Virus record (IMG/VR): IMGVR_UViG_3300017917_003143
Coordinates: 124,001 to 188,000 of that record
Strand: one strand, 5' to 3'
Length of the DNA: 64,000 bases
Shown: positions 1-10,179 of the stretch, piece by piece
Position numbering within the stretch: position 1 is the first letter of the stretch
Layout: the number at the start of each line of letters is the position of its first letter
Program-made: the position numbers and the translations under genes
The notes under the pieces: model-generated
Seen by the model: only the letters and a program-made list of their open reading frames with translations
Database searches by the model: none
What the model was told of the DNA's origin: nothing

Positions 1-45
1 TATTTTTCCCAAGGCCATAAGAAAAACCCTAAAACTCGTACGCGA

Positions 46-51
46 TAAATA
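46..51 (+). promoter_or_regulatory. late-type promoter TAAATA
   Basis: core of T4 late consensus TATAAATA, just upstream of ATG. Confidence 0.55.
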
Positions 52-58
52 ATTGACT

Positions 59-223
59 ATGGCAAAATTACACGAAGAAATCATTGTAGTCAAAGTCAGC
101 AAATTGCTCAAGGACAGTGAACAAGCCGCACCCATCATGAGTCCAGAAACAGTGGCCAGTTTAGAAGCAGTAATTCAAGAACTAGCTGGGCAAGCGGTGC
201 TGGTTGAGATTGCGACAGAATGA
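59..223 (+). CDS. small hypothetical protein (54 aa, MAKLHEEII...)
   Basis: ATG at 59, 7 nt after TAAATA; stop overlaps next start (ATGA); not in ORF track. Confidence 0.7.
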   Translation: MAKLHEEIIVVKVSKLLKDSEQAAPIMSPETVASLEAVIQELAGQAVLVEIATE

Positions 224-582
224 AAACCACAGATTTAACTCTGTTACCCTTGACCGTTTATGGAACACCTTCGGGCAACTATGACGGCAGTTCCGACACG
301 GATTTCGCAGGCGAACGTCAAAAAGCAGTGGACTACTATCGTAGACGCACAGGATTGCAGTCTGTGAGATTTATCACAGCTGGATTCGAAGGCACTATCA
401 CCATACAAGCCACATTAGACGCTGATCCACAGGATGACGCAGATTGGTTTGATGTTTATGAATTATCAGGGCCTGTTACCACGGATGTTAGTTATCCTAT
501 CAAGGGCAACTTTACTTGGATACGAGCGTCAGTATCAGGATTCGTCGGCGGCGAAATCACTTCAGTCACTGTCACATATTAA
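220..582 (+). CDS. hypothetical protein, beta-rich, possibly virion-associated
   Basis: 120 aa ORF coupled to upstream gene. Confidence 0.7.
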   Translation: MKTTDLTLLPLTVYGTPSGNYDGSSDTDFAGERQKAVDYYRRRTGLQSVRFITAGFEGTITIQATLDADPQDDADWFDVYELSGPVTTDVSYPIKGNFTWIRASVSGFVGGEITSVTVTY

Positions 583-585
583 CAC

Positions 586-1020
586 ATGGAAAAAGTAAAA
601 TTAAGTCTGGATGTCATCAATTCCTCAGAATTCCATAATATAGGTATAGAATTGTGGCTGGACAAAACAAAATTTTTTGATAATACTGTGAGTCCAGGCA
701 CACATCATATCATACACGAATTTGAAAGCGACAACAGCGATCATTATCTTAAAATAACACTCAAAAATAAAACCGACCAGCACACTAAAATCAACGAATC
801 AGGAGAAATCATTTCTGATGCGCTGATCAATATTTCCAACTTAAACTTAGATGAAATAAACATCGATCAGCTCCTGTACGACAAAGGCGAATATATCCAC
901 AATGGTAACGGTAGTAAAACCATCGCCATACATCCATTTTATGGGGACATGGGGTGCAACGGTCATGTACAACTGAAATTTTCTACTCCAGTGTATCTCT
1001 GGTTGTTAGAGAATATGTAA
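586..1020 (+). CDS. hypothetical protein
   Basis: 144 aa ORF in operon. Confidence 0.7.
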   Translation: MEKVKLSLDVINSSEFHNIGIELWLDKTKFFDNTVSPGTHHIIHEFESDNSDHYLKITLKNKTDQHTKINESGEIISDALINISNLNLDEINIDQLLYDKGEYIHNGNGSKTIAIHPFYGDMGCNGHVQLKFSTPVYLWLLENM

Positions 1021-1025
1021 ATCCA

Positions 1026-1031
1026 TAAATA
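1026..1031 (+). promoter_or_regulatory. late-type promoter TAAATA
   Basis: intergenic, 5 nt before ATG 1037. Confidence 0.6.
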
Positions 1032-1036
1032 CTGGT

Positions 1037-2248
1037 ATGAAAAAATTAGTGATCATCCCTGGTGGATTCCACCCCTATCATGCAGGGCACAAAGCACTGT
1101 ATGATGCCGCACGTGAAGCATTTCCGTCTGCTGATGTCTATGTGGCAGCCACAGATGATACCACAGGACGTCCGTTCCCATTTCGAACAAAGAAATTCTT
1201 GGCCCAGCAGGCAGGCATTCCGGGCAATAGATTTATCCAGGTAAAATCACCTTTCAGTGCTGAAGAAATCACACAGCATTTTGACCCTACGGAAACACAG
1301 TTGATTTTTGTGCGTTCAGAAAAAGATCGCGACCAGAATCCACAGCCTGGACAACCAGGACAGATCGTCACCCGTGGACCACGCAAGGGCATGGCTCCTT
1401 ATTTGCAGCCATACAAGCGCAACGGACTACAACCCATGAAAGATCATGCTTACATGACTTACTTGCCCACTGTGCAGTTTGGTCCTGGCATGACATCGGC
1501 CACAGAAATACGTGCCAAATGGCCTACCATGGATGCCAAACAAAAGGCCGCACTAGCTGGAGTTTTGTATCCTTTGGCTGCCGACAACGAAGCCAAGATA
1601 GCCAAGATAGTAGAAATACTGGACACAGTCATGGGCGGAACTCCAGAAAAAACAGTAGACGAAGCTGTGTTGGTAAATGATCCTGACGCAGGACACCAAA
1701 TCATACCTGATGGTGGCATGGGTACCTGGGACGAAGCTTCCATGGTTTCTAATCTTTCTCGCAAGTTCGCCGACATGGTCAACATGGTCAAGAACAAAAA
1801 CTACACCGGACTACAGTATGTACTGTACAAGGGCGGTGTGGTCAAGAGCTTGGTAGATGCCCTAGCTGAATACGAAGTGTTCATGCAAAAACAAGGCCGC
1901 AGACCCATAGCACGTGGTCGTGAAATAGACATGGGCAAAACTGGAGTGGCCGAGCGTGTGCGTATGCGCATGCCCGTGGACGAAGCTCCGGACTATATCG
2001 AAGAAGGTGATGTGGTCCAATTCCCTGGAGATCGTGCCGCACCACCCGATGTAGCTCAAGCACATCAGTTGGCTACCCAGATCATTGACATAGCCAAAGA
2101 CGAAAAGATCCAGGATCCTGGCCCAAGATTGGCACCGCTACGCCAACAGCTACAACGCCTGGGTTACAGACTGCGCTTGGACAATGGCGGTATGCGATTG
2201 ATCCATAATACTACAAATTGGAATACCATCGTTGACCCAATGAAATAA
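1037..2248 (+). CDS. HxGH (cytidylyltransferase-like) nucleotidyltransferase with modular C-terminal extension
   Basis: PGGFHPYHAGH and TSATEIR motifs; tail punctuated by VDE/VAE/IEE. Confidence 0.7.
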   Translation: MKKLVIIPGGFHPYHAGHKALYDAAREAFPSADVYVAATDDTTGRPFPFRTKKFLAQQAGIPGNRFIQVKSPFSAEEITQHFDPTETQLIFVRSEKDRDQNPQPGQPGQIVTRGPRKGMAPYLQPYKRNGLQPMKDHAYMTYLPTVQFGPGMTSATEIRAKWPTMDAKQKAALAGVLYPLAADNEAKIAKIVEILDTVMGGTPEKTVDEAVLVNDPDAGHQIIPDGGMGTWDEASMVSNLSRKFADMVNMVKNKNYTGLQYVLYKGGVVKSLVDALAEYEVFMQKQGRRPIARGREIDMGKTGVAERVRMRMPVDEAPDYIEEGDVVQFPGDRAAPPDVAQAHQLATQIIDIAKDEKIQDPGPRLAPLRQQLQRLGYRLRLDNGGMRLIHNTTNWNTIVDPMK

Positions 2249-2274
2249 TCTGTCGTATAATAGTGAACTAAATA
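2232..2274 (+). promoter_or_regulatory. sigma70-like (TTGACC-18-TATAAT) plus late TAAATA
   Basis: direct reading. Confidence 0.55.
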
Positions 2275-2299
2275 TACGCACATTATTTCAGAGGAAAAC

Positions 2300-3262
2300 A
2301 TGTCCGAACAACAAAACCCACAACAGCCTGAACAGGCCCAACAAGAGCAGGCTCAGCCTGGTCAACAACAAATCCAAGTCAATATCGACTATCTGCGCCA
2401 ACAGCGTGTGCATATCTGTATGCCTTGTTATGGTGGCATGCTCACTGAATCCACATTCATGAGCTATATCAAATGGTCAAACACTTGCCGACAATTGGGC
2501 CTGGATTGGACCATTGAAACCATGACCAACGAGTCATTGATTTCACGTGCGAGAAATACCTTGGTCGCTAAATTCCTCAATACACCAACATCCACGCACC
2601 TCATGTTCATCGACGCTGACATTGGCTGGGAACCCTGGCATCTCTTGGTCATGCTCAACGCAGACAAAGACGTCATTGGTGGCTTGTACCCAATGAAGAC
2701 CATGCCCGTTAAGTGGGTAGTAAATGGCTTTGAAGGTGCCAAAGAAGAAGGTCCTCTACAGGAAGTTTCCAAGACCGGCACAGGCTTTATGTTGATCAAG
2801 CGCCATGTGTTTGAGAAACTAGCCCGTCATCCTGCGGTAAAAACCTTTGCCAATGACATCGGCTTGCCAAGAGAACTTGATCCACACATGAAGACCTACT
2901 TCGACACAGCAGTACGTGAAAACCGCTACTACTCAGAAGACTGGACTTTCTGTGAAAACTGGCGCGACTTTGGTGGTGAAGTCTGGGTAGACAAGCGTGT
3001 GTTGCTCAAGCATACAGGAACCTATGTGTTTGATTATGCCGCACAGCCTGCCTTGTACGAAGCACTGAAACGCGAACACGATGCTGGACAAGCAGTGATC
3101 GCCGCACAGCAACAGTCTGAACAAGCACAGCAGGCCAATCAGCCCATGACCAGTGATTTTTCAAACTATGAAACAGTCAAGGTCGCGGCTCCACAACCTG
3201 CAGCCAAAGTGGTGGCTAAAACCAACCCTTCAACAAAAAAGGCTAAAGCAAAGTCTAAATAA
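2300..3262 (+). CDS. GT-A fold glycosyltransferase-like protein with Gln-rich termini
   Basis: HLMFIDADIGW (DxD), GTGFMLIKR, YSEDWTFC; SD GAGGA. Confidence 0.7.
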   Translation: MSEQQNPQQPEQAQQEQAQPGQQQIQVNIDYLRQQRVHICMPCYGGMLTESTFMSYIKWSNTCRQLGLDWTIETMTNESLISRARNTLVAKFLNTPTSTHLMFIDADIGWEPWHLLVMLNADKDVIGGLYPMKTMPVKWVVNGFEGAKEEGPLQEVSKTGTGFMLIKRHVFEKLARHPAVKTFANDIGLPRELDPHMKTYFDTAVRENRYYSEDWTFCENWRDFGGEVWVDKRVLLKHTGTYVFDYAAQPALYEALKREHDAGQAVIAAQQQSEQAQQANQPMTSDFSNYETVKVAAPQPAAKVVAKTNPSTKKAKAKSK

Positions 3263-3265
3263 ATA
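3256..3265 (+). promoter_or_regulatory. late-type promoter (overlapping TAAATA x2)
   Basis: 8 nt before ATG 3274. Confidence 0.55.
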
Positions 3266-3273
3266 GATGTACG

Positions 3274-6200
3274 ATGGACATCTATGAATTAGACAGCTAC
3301 CGCCTGTCAGACGCGGTAAAGTTTCACACTGAACTCAATCCTGCACTTTGGGACGGCAAAACCATGCGTCCCGAAGTGCGCGAGGCCCTGCTTAAAATCG
3401 CTGATGATTTTAAGACCTTCATGGGCATCGATGATCTTGCCATAGAAGACATCACTGTTTCAGGCTCCAACACCGCGTTCTCATACACACCACATTCAGA
3501 CATTGATCTACATTTACTGGTTGATTTCAGCAAGCTCAATCCCGACGAAGTTTACCAAGAGCTTTTCAATGCTAAAAAATATCAATACAACGATCAACAC
3601 GATATAAAAATCAGAGGCTATGACGTCGAGCTCTATGTTCAAGACTCGAACAAACCTGTGCGTAGCCTTGGCGAATACAGTATCATCAACAATGACTGGA
3701 CTCGTATTCCAGTACAGCGCCGAGGCAATCTCGACGAAAAATCTACACAATCAAAATATGAAAAATTAAAAGGTTTGATTGAGCTTGCTACCAACAGCGA
3801 TGATCTACAACAAGTCACAGCAGTCACAGACACACTGAAAAAATATCGCCAGGCTGGGTTGGATGAGCATGGTGAATTTGGCCCAGAGAATCTGGCTTAT
3901 AAGATATTGCGAACACAGGGCTATGTAGAAAGATTATTCAAGCACAAGGCCAATCTCGAAGATGCGAAATTGAGCTTGGCTGAACGCAAAAAGAAGAAAA
4001 CAAAATCTAAAAAGAAATTCCGTTATGGTGCCTTTGGCGGATATTATTATCCCGGATACGGTTATTACGGACAGACTGATGCCGTGGCTGACGGTGGTGG
4101 CGATGGCGGTGGTGAATCAGTAAAAGAATCCACAGTCAATGTTGAAAAGAAATCGATTCCATTGGACAAAGTCGTGCGTCGTTTTGTACACTTTGCTGCC
4201 AAGCATCTTAAATTAAAACAATTACCAAAGATTAAATTACGAAAAGGTGAGCTCAGCCACGACATACATTCCATGGGACACTATGTGGATGATAAAAAGA
4301 CCGTGGAAGTAGAAACCAAGGATCGCCATGTCATGGATATCCTGCGTACCCTGGCACACGAACTCACACACTATAGACAGCATGAACGCTTGGGCAAAGA
4401 CATGCCTGACACAGCAGGACGCACAGGCAGTCCCTATGAGAATGAAGCCAACACATTGGCTGGCATCATCATGCGTCATTTCCAGAACAAGTATCCAGAA
4501 TTCTTTGCCAGCACTGTGAGCGAAGATGGTGACAGCGTGGCCGCCCAATACGGAGATCAGACTCCACCTGGACCAGAGTCCAAACCTACCATGCCCAAGG
4601 GAACGGTGCGGGTTGATGTGTCAGACGTTTACGACTGGTATAAACTGGGACAAAATATCAGCAACCTCGATAGAGTGGATCCTAAAATTTTTGGTAAAGG
4701 ACCACCCAGCACTATCGTCAGTTTTGGTGATGAAGAAACTGAACACAAGTACATCGACCATTTAAAAAAATTAGGGTTGACGACCACTGATATCGATCCT
4801 GTTGATCCCAATCAACCTCCTGGTATGCCGCGTCAAAAAGTTGATCCTACCTACAATGTAGACGAAACCATTGATGCTCCTGTGAGCAAAGATGCCAAGG
4901 CCAACCTTGACTACTACAAATTTATCCGTGGCAAACAGCAGTTGGGTCGCCCGCTGACCAAATCAGAAATGCAGTTCCTTAGCAAGTATCAACTCGCACA
5001 GCATCTTAAGAAACAAGTTGGTGAACAAGAACTCGAAGAAGGGATAGGTCGGGCATTGGGCACAGCCGCTGTGGCCGGTGCCATGGCCCTGGGGTCACCT
5101 GCTGCCAAAGCACAAAGCCCACTGCAAACAGCACACAACATTGGCAGTATAATTTACAACAAGAACATCACCCGAGCTGGCGCTGAAGAAGAGATCAAAG
5201 GCATGGCCAGAGATTTGGCACGTGGCGATCAAGAAATACGTGTGGGTGGCAAACGCATCTGGGGAGGCCCTCAAGCACAGGGTGAGCGAGTGGCAGCCAA
5301 TGGTGTAGGTGCCACTCCCGAAGCCGCATTCCAAGATGCGCTGAACAGAGCCTACACAGATGCCAATCGTCGTTACGGTCCTATCTCTGTAGGAGACTGG
5401 CGACCCATTGACCGAGAAAAAGAATTAGAACAAGTGGGTGGACAATATCGTGCGGCTGTGGTCATACAAGGTCCAGCACCTGTAAAAGAAGATGCGTCAG
5501 GTTATATTCCTACAAAAAAGCAGGCCAAGGATCCACGATTTAAAACAGCACTCACAGTGGATATCAAGCCTGGACAGTTAGGCAAAGAAGCCAACAAGCT
5601 GGGATTACAAACAGACAGCCAAGGTCGTCCTGATCTCTTGATGAAAAACTTGGCCAATGCGTTGAAAGAATACAAAGAGACCGGAGTGTTTGAAGCTGTC
5701 AAACCTGTTGCTCCTGTCATACCATCACGAGCACCCAAGACAGAATACCCACCCATGGTCAAGCAAAAGACCAGTCTACCTCAAGATAAACCGACACCGC
5801 GTCCAGACGGCACAGGTCGTATCATCAACTATGAAATACGAGAAGAAGAAGACTTGTTAGAAGTCAAAATGTCACCATCTTCTCTGGAAGCCTGGGCTCG
5901 TAGTCCCGAAGCTGAAGGCATACGTGCTGGATTTGAAGCCGAAATGATCTTCCGTGACACCAAGCGTGAAGACGATGAAGAGGAAATGGAGCCCGACTAC
6001 GACTATGACGAGCGTCCGGATGACATTGATCATGTCGTAGACTTCTTCTCTAATGACGATTATGGTTATGGCTTGAGCTCACGTGGTGCTAGAAGCCTGC
6101 GCGAAGATCTATTCAACGAATTTATTGAATGGGCTGATGAACAAATAGCAGAATCATGGGACAACAATGCTGAGGACCAAGTCAAGGACTACATGGAAAA

Positions 6201-8301
6201 CAACGTCTGGGGCGATGACGAAGAACGTGAAAAACGCATCGCTGACAAAATAGACGAACTGTTTCCTGACGAAGATCCAGAACCAATATTGGCAGCTGGC
6301 GCAGGTGCTCCAAGATTTACCCGTAGTTCAGACCAAACAGCATATACACAAGAAAACGATTTATATGCCAAATACCGAGAAGCTTCAGATGCGGCCTATG
6401 AAGAGTTTGAAGCTGAAGCCGAGAGCGAATACGAAAACCAAGGGCACTACTACGACGAAGCTCGCGACTACTACTTTGAAATGATGCGAGAAGGCGGCGA
6501 CTACGATGAACGAGAGTTCTTGCGTGACAAGTATGGTTACATGAGCGAGATCGCCAGCAGTTTCACTCTTGATTGGCCTTATTGGACCGGGGGTGGTAAT
6601 TCAGGCTACGGCAGTAGAGATTGGGAAGATATCGCCACCAGCTTAGAACGTGCTGTGAGAATGGATGTCAAAGTAGGATCAGGCTATCACTCTGTGACCC
6701 GCCGAGACGATCGTTATATCATAGAACCTGACGGATCGTTAGACCCTGATGACTACGAGGATGCCGGTCTTGAAATCGTAAGTCCGCCAATGCCATTGCC
6801 CACGGCCTTGGACCAGTTGCAGAAAGTCATAGAGTGGGGCAACAATACAGCCGACGCCTATACCAATGATTCAACAGGTCTTCACATGGGCGTGAGCATA
6901 CCTTATGTGGGCGGTGATGTTGACTATGTCAAGCTGGTGTTGTTCATGGGCGACGAATATGTGCTAGAAAAATTTGGCCGTGCGTCAAACACCTACACAG
7001 CATCGGCCATGCAGAAGCTACGTCAAAACATGGCAGGTGCCAGAAACCGTGGCGAACTCACAGAAGCCAAGTTAGACCCCTTGGGTGCATTAGAGTTAGT
7101 ACAAAAGAATCTCATTGAGCTGGCCGCAAGATATGTGCAGAATGGTGTAGGTAATTCAAAATACACTTCAGCCCACATCAAAGATGGCTACATCGAGTTC
7201 CGTAGCCCCGGTGGAGACTACTTGGCCATGGAGAGCCGTGGCGAGTTTGATGACATCAAGAACACCATGTTGCGTTTTGCTCGTGCCATGCAGATCGCTG
7301 GCAACCCTGCTCTTGAGCGCAAAGAGTATGCCAAGAAACTCTACAAATTGATCTCACCAGGCGCACAAGACGATGGGTTAAAACTGTTTTCCCAATACGC
7401 CGCAGGTACTATCAGCCCTGAACAGCTCAAGAAGCAGTGGGCCGACGCTGTGCTACAGAAAGAGCTACCCACCACAGGCAAAGAAGAATACGAAGTCTAT
7501 AGCATGGATAAAAAGAATAGCCCCGACGGCATCATTGATACATTCTATGCCAGAGACTACGACAGTGCCTATGACCAGTACAGGAAGAAATACAGCAATG
7601 ATCCACGCTGGAACCAACTTGATGTGCGTTTAAAGATGCCTTGGTTTGATGTGTATGGACCCGACGGTGAGGAAGTCGCGACCATAAGATCTCGAGATAT
7701 CAATCAAGCCAAAGAAAAGGCCATGAACCAGTTTGAATACTGGTCAGACGATTGGAAAATATATCGCAGGCCCGATAACACACCCGAACCAAAGTTAAGT
7801 GTACGAGCTCAAGTGGCCAAGCGTATCAAAGAGCCTAAAGTAAGCCCAGCACAGGCCGCAGACAATGCCCGGGATTCCCAACAGCTACAAGCTCGCATAG
7901 GAGAACCACGACCCGCTGGTGCTGTGGGCGACACTGGCTACTATCGCGTGACTTGGGATGAACGCAGGGACGGTGAGATACGCAGTGATGCACTGAACAT
8001 AGATGCACCCAACGCCACAGCGGCCATGGATCGTGTGCGTGATGCACTGCAACTGCAAGGTCGAGATATCGTACAGATATCAGCTGATGCACAACAACCT
8101 CCAGCTTGGCGAGATCAATTGGCCCAACAAGTTCGTACAGCATCACCTCGCGCCAACTATGAATTGTATCAATACGATGATCCAACACGAGTAATAGGCG
8201 TGATGCATCATGCCACAGCTGATGAAGTACGTGCATACATTGATCAACAAGAACAAGAAGGCATGCCTCCAGGATTTTTACGAGTAAGACAGGTATCATG
8301 A
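3274..8301 (+). CDS. 1675 aa polyvalent protein: Pol-beta-type nucleotidyltransferase + HExxH zincin + amidoligase-like domain + repeats
   Basis: GS..SDIDLH (DID at 3499-3507); AHELTH (4357-4371); GFEAE/DGSL/GLEIVSPP/STGLHMGVS/IEFR. Confidence 0.75.
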   Translation: MDIYELDSYRLSDAVKFHTELNPALWDGKTMRPEVREALLKIADDFKTFMGIDDLAIEDITVSGSNTAFSYTPHSDIDLHLLVDFSKLNPDEVYQELFNAKKYQYNDQHDIKIRGYDVELYVQDSNKPVRSLGEYSIINNDWTRIPVQRRGNLDEKSTQSKYEKLKGLIELATNSDDLQQVTAVTDTLKKYRQAGLDEHGEFGPENLAYKILRTQGYVERLFKHKANLEDAKLSLAERKKKKTKSKKKFRYGAFGGYYYPGYGYYGQTDAVADGGGDGGGESVKESTVNVEKKSIPLDKVVRRFVHFAAKHLKLKQLPKIKLRKGELSHDIHSMGHYVDDKKTVEVETKDRHVMDILRTLAHELTHYRQHERLGKDMPDTAGRTGSPYENEANTLAGIIMRHFQNKYPEFFASTVSEDGDSVAAQYGDQTPPGPESKPTMPKGTVRVDVSDVYDWYKLGQNISNLDRVDPKIFGKGPPSTIVSFGDEETEHKYIDHLKKLGLTTTDIDPVDPNQPPGMPRQKVDPTYNVDETIDAPVSKDAKANLDYYKFIRGKQQLGRPLTKSEMQFLSKYQLAQHLKKQVGEQELEEGIGRALGTAAVAGAMALGSPAAKAQSPLQTAHNIGSIIYNKNITRAGAEEEIKGMARDLARGDQEIRVGGKRIWGGPQAQGERVAANGVGATPEAAFQDALNRAYTDANRRYGPISVGDWRPIDREKELEQVGGQYRAAVVIQGPAPVKEDASGYIPTKKQAKDPRFKTALTVDIKPGQLGKEANKLGLQTDSQGRPDLLMKNLANALKEYKETGVFEAVKPVAPVIPSRAPKTEYPPMVKQKTSLPQDKPTPRPDGTGRIINYEIREEEDLLEVKMSPSSLEAWARSPEAEGIRAGFEAEMIFRDTKREDDEEEMEPDYDYDERPDDIDHVVDFFSNDDYGYGLSSRGARSLREDLFNEFIEWADEQIAESWDNNAEDQVKDYMENNVWGDDEEREKRIADKIDELFPDEDPEPILAAGAGAPRFTRSSDQTAYTQENDLYAKYREASDAAYEEFEAEAESEYENQGHYYDEARDYYFEMMREGGDYDEREFLRDKYGYMSEIASSFTLDWPYWTGGGNSGYGSRDWEDIATSLERAVRMDVKVGSGYHSVTRRDDRYIIEPDGSLDPDDYEDAGLEIVSPPMPLPTALDQLQKVIEWGNNTADAYTNDSTGLHMGVSIPYVGGDVDYVKLVLFMGDEYVLEKFGRASNTYTASAMQKLRQNMAGARNRGELTEAKLDPLGALELVQKNLIELAARYVQNGVGNSKYTSAHIKDGYIEFRSPGGDYLAMESRGEFDDIKNTMLRFARAMQIAGNPALERKEYAKKLYKLISPGAQDDGLKLFSQYAAGTISPEQLKKQWADAVLQKELPTTGKEEYEVYSMDKKNSPDGIIDTFYARDYDSAYDQYRKKYSNDPRWNQLDVRLKMPWFDVYGPDGEEVATIRSRDINQAKEKAMNQFEYWSDDWKIYRRPDNTPEPKLSVRAQVAKRIKEPKVSPAQAADNARDSQQLQARIGEPRPAGAVGDTGYYRVTWDERRDGEIRSDALNIDAPNATAAMDRVRDALQLQGRDIVQISADAQQPPAWRDQLAQQVRTASPRANYELYQYDDPTRVIGVMHHATADEVRAYIDQQEQEGMPPGFLRVRQVS

Positions 8302-9074
8302 GAGCATCTGAATTTTCAAACTCCAAGCTGGTGATCTTTGACATTGATGATACCTTGGTCAACACAGATACACGGGTAAATGTCGTGCGAGATGGCGAAG
8401 TGATCAAGCAACTCAACAGCCACGATTTTACACACTATAAATTAGGCCCTGGTGAAGAGTTTGACTTTGGTGCGTTCAAAGACGCCAGAGAATTCTTTAC
8501 CAAGGCCAAGCCAATACCTGGTATGATTCGACAACTAAAGCATGACATCGACACAGGAAATAAAGTTATCATGCTCACTGCCCGTAGTGATTTCAATGAC
8601 CGAGACATATTCTTAGATACTTTCCGACGCTTTGGTATAGAAATGGATCGTGTGCATGTGTATCGTGCCGGCAACTTGACCATCAAAGCTGCCACAGAAG
8701 AAAAGAAAAAGATCATGTTGCGTCATTTGTTGGGCAAGACGCACTATGACAAAATTATAATGTATGATGACAGTGTGCCTAATTTAAATGCATTTATAAG
8801 TCTTAAACAAGAATACCCTTGGAGCAAATTTTATGCTTGGCATGTGGATCCCAATGGGCAAGCCAGTGAATACCACAGAACAGATATGGAAGAAAACTTT
8901 CACGATGGCCGAGTAAAAGGCAAAAGTCGCCCAGGACGTGTCAAACGTGCAGGTGCCAGCTGTGCAGGAAGTGTCACGGACCTACGAGCAAAAGCCCGTA
9001 AATATGGCGGCGAGCGAGGCAAGATGTATCACTGGTGTGCCAACATGAAGAGTGGTCGCAAAAAGAATAAGTAA
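8298..9074 (+). CDS. HAD-superfamily phosphatase (PNK-phosphatase-like) plus basic Cys-containing tail
   Basis: LVIFDIDDTLV, MLTAR, MYDD motifs. Confidence 0.75.
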   Translation: MRASEFSNSKLVIFDIDDTLVNTDTRVNVVRDGEVIKQLNSHDFTHYKLGPGEEFDFGAFKDAREFFTKAKPIPGMIRQLKHDIDTGNKVIMLTARSDFNDRDIFLDTFRRFGIEMDRVHVYRAGNLTIKAATEEKKKIMLRHLLGKTHYDKIIMYDDSVPNLNAFISLKQEYPWSKFYAWHVDPNGQASEYHRTDMEENFHDGRVKGKSRPGRVKRAGASCAGSVTDLRAKARKYGGERGKMYHWCANMKSGRKKNK

Positions 9075-9080
9075 TACATT

Positions 9081-9263
9081 ATGCGAGCACAAGAACTCAC
9101 TGGACACAAATGGATCTCCAAGATCACCATCAAGAACCCTAACTACACAGGCAGGGTTGAAGTGTCGGTGTATGCTCACAATCAAAGTGAAGCACGACAA
9201 CTGTTAAAAGCACAGTACGGCATAGAAGATCATCACATTGGCGCCATCAGGAGAGCTCAATGA
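9081..9263 (+). CDS. small MRAxE-type protein
   Basis: 60 aa, starts MRAQEL. Confidence 0.7.
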   Translation: MRAQELTGHKWISKITIKNPNYTGRVEVSVYAHNQSEARQLLKAQYGIEDHHIGAIRRAQ

Positions 9264-9577
9264 GAGCCACTGAATTTGTCGCTGAAGATCTCAATGCCGG
9301 TGGATTCCGTATCCGTGTGAGTCCGCACTTGGAAAACCGCGCAGAGAAGCGTGGCATATCCATGCCCGTGATTGTAGGCATACTCAATAGGCTGGATCGT
9401 GCCCGTAGACATATCAAAGAGTTGGATCCTAACACACAATTTAATATTTTTGATAGCCATCACAACATACACCTTGGCATGATGCGTTCAGCATTTGATC
9501 CCAACAAACTGTTGTTGAACACAGTGTATCAAAATGAAAACTATCACGGGCGTAATCCTGTGTTGAAGGTACGGTAA
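9260..9577 (+). CDS. MRAxE-type protein, possible DUF4258/BECR-like nuclease
   Basis: VSPHLENRAEKRGIS resembles H-x3-R-x3-R-x-I motif. Confidence 0.4.
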   Translation: MRATEFVAEDLNAGGFRIRVSPHLENRAEKRGISMPVIVGILNRLDRARRHIKELDPNTQFNIFDSHHNIHLGMMRSAFDPNKLLLNTVYQNENYHGRNPVLKVR

Positions 9578-10179
9578 TGAGAGCATGGGAGTTGGGTGAG
9601 GTGCAGATACTACGCAAGGTCCAGAAAAAAGGCCGCAATCTCTATCAATTGCCTCGCCGTGGAAAGCCTATACCACAGGGTTGGGAATCTGAATATCTTG
9701 GTTTTCCAGTGGGTCGTACCAGCGGGCTAGAAATATGGCAGTTCAATGAAGGTCCTGTGACATCATACACTGTGTTTGATCCTGAGTCACGCAGAGCCAC
9801 CCTGACTATCAGTGGAAGCAAGTACCCTGACAATCCTGACAGTTTCATCGTGTTTGGTCTATATGCCGCACCTGGCAATCCTGTGCGAGCCGCAGACTTT
9901 TACCGATATCTTATTACCAAGCAAGGCTTGACCATGATATCTGATCGACTGCAGAGTCCAGGTGGATTGCGAGTGTGGCAAGAGTTGGAACGTAGATTTC
10001 CACAGAGCGTCACTGTATACGGGTTTGATACCAAGACCGATGAACCCATAAACATTTCAACACAAGACACATCAGACACACACGTAGAACCCGATGAGGT
10101 AGATCAAGCCGCACCTGGCATGAAGCGAGATCTACAGCATAAAGCACGTTACATTAGATTGGTAGCCACAGCAAGATGA
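9577..10179 (+). CDS. MRAxE-type protein, possible GNAT-like fold
   Basis: FYRYL...SDRLQSPGGLRVWQEL pattern. Confidence 0.35.
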   Translation: MRAWELGEVQILRKVQKKGRNLYQLPRRGKPIPQGWESEYLGFPVGRTSGLEIWQFNEGPVTSYTVFDPESRRATLTISGSKYPDNPDSFIVFGLYAAPGNPVRAADFYRYLITKQGLTMISDRLQSPGGLRVWQELERRFPQSVTVYGFDTKTDEPINISTQDTSDTHVEPDEVDQAAPGMKRDLQHKARYIRLVATAR

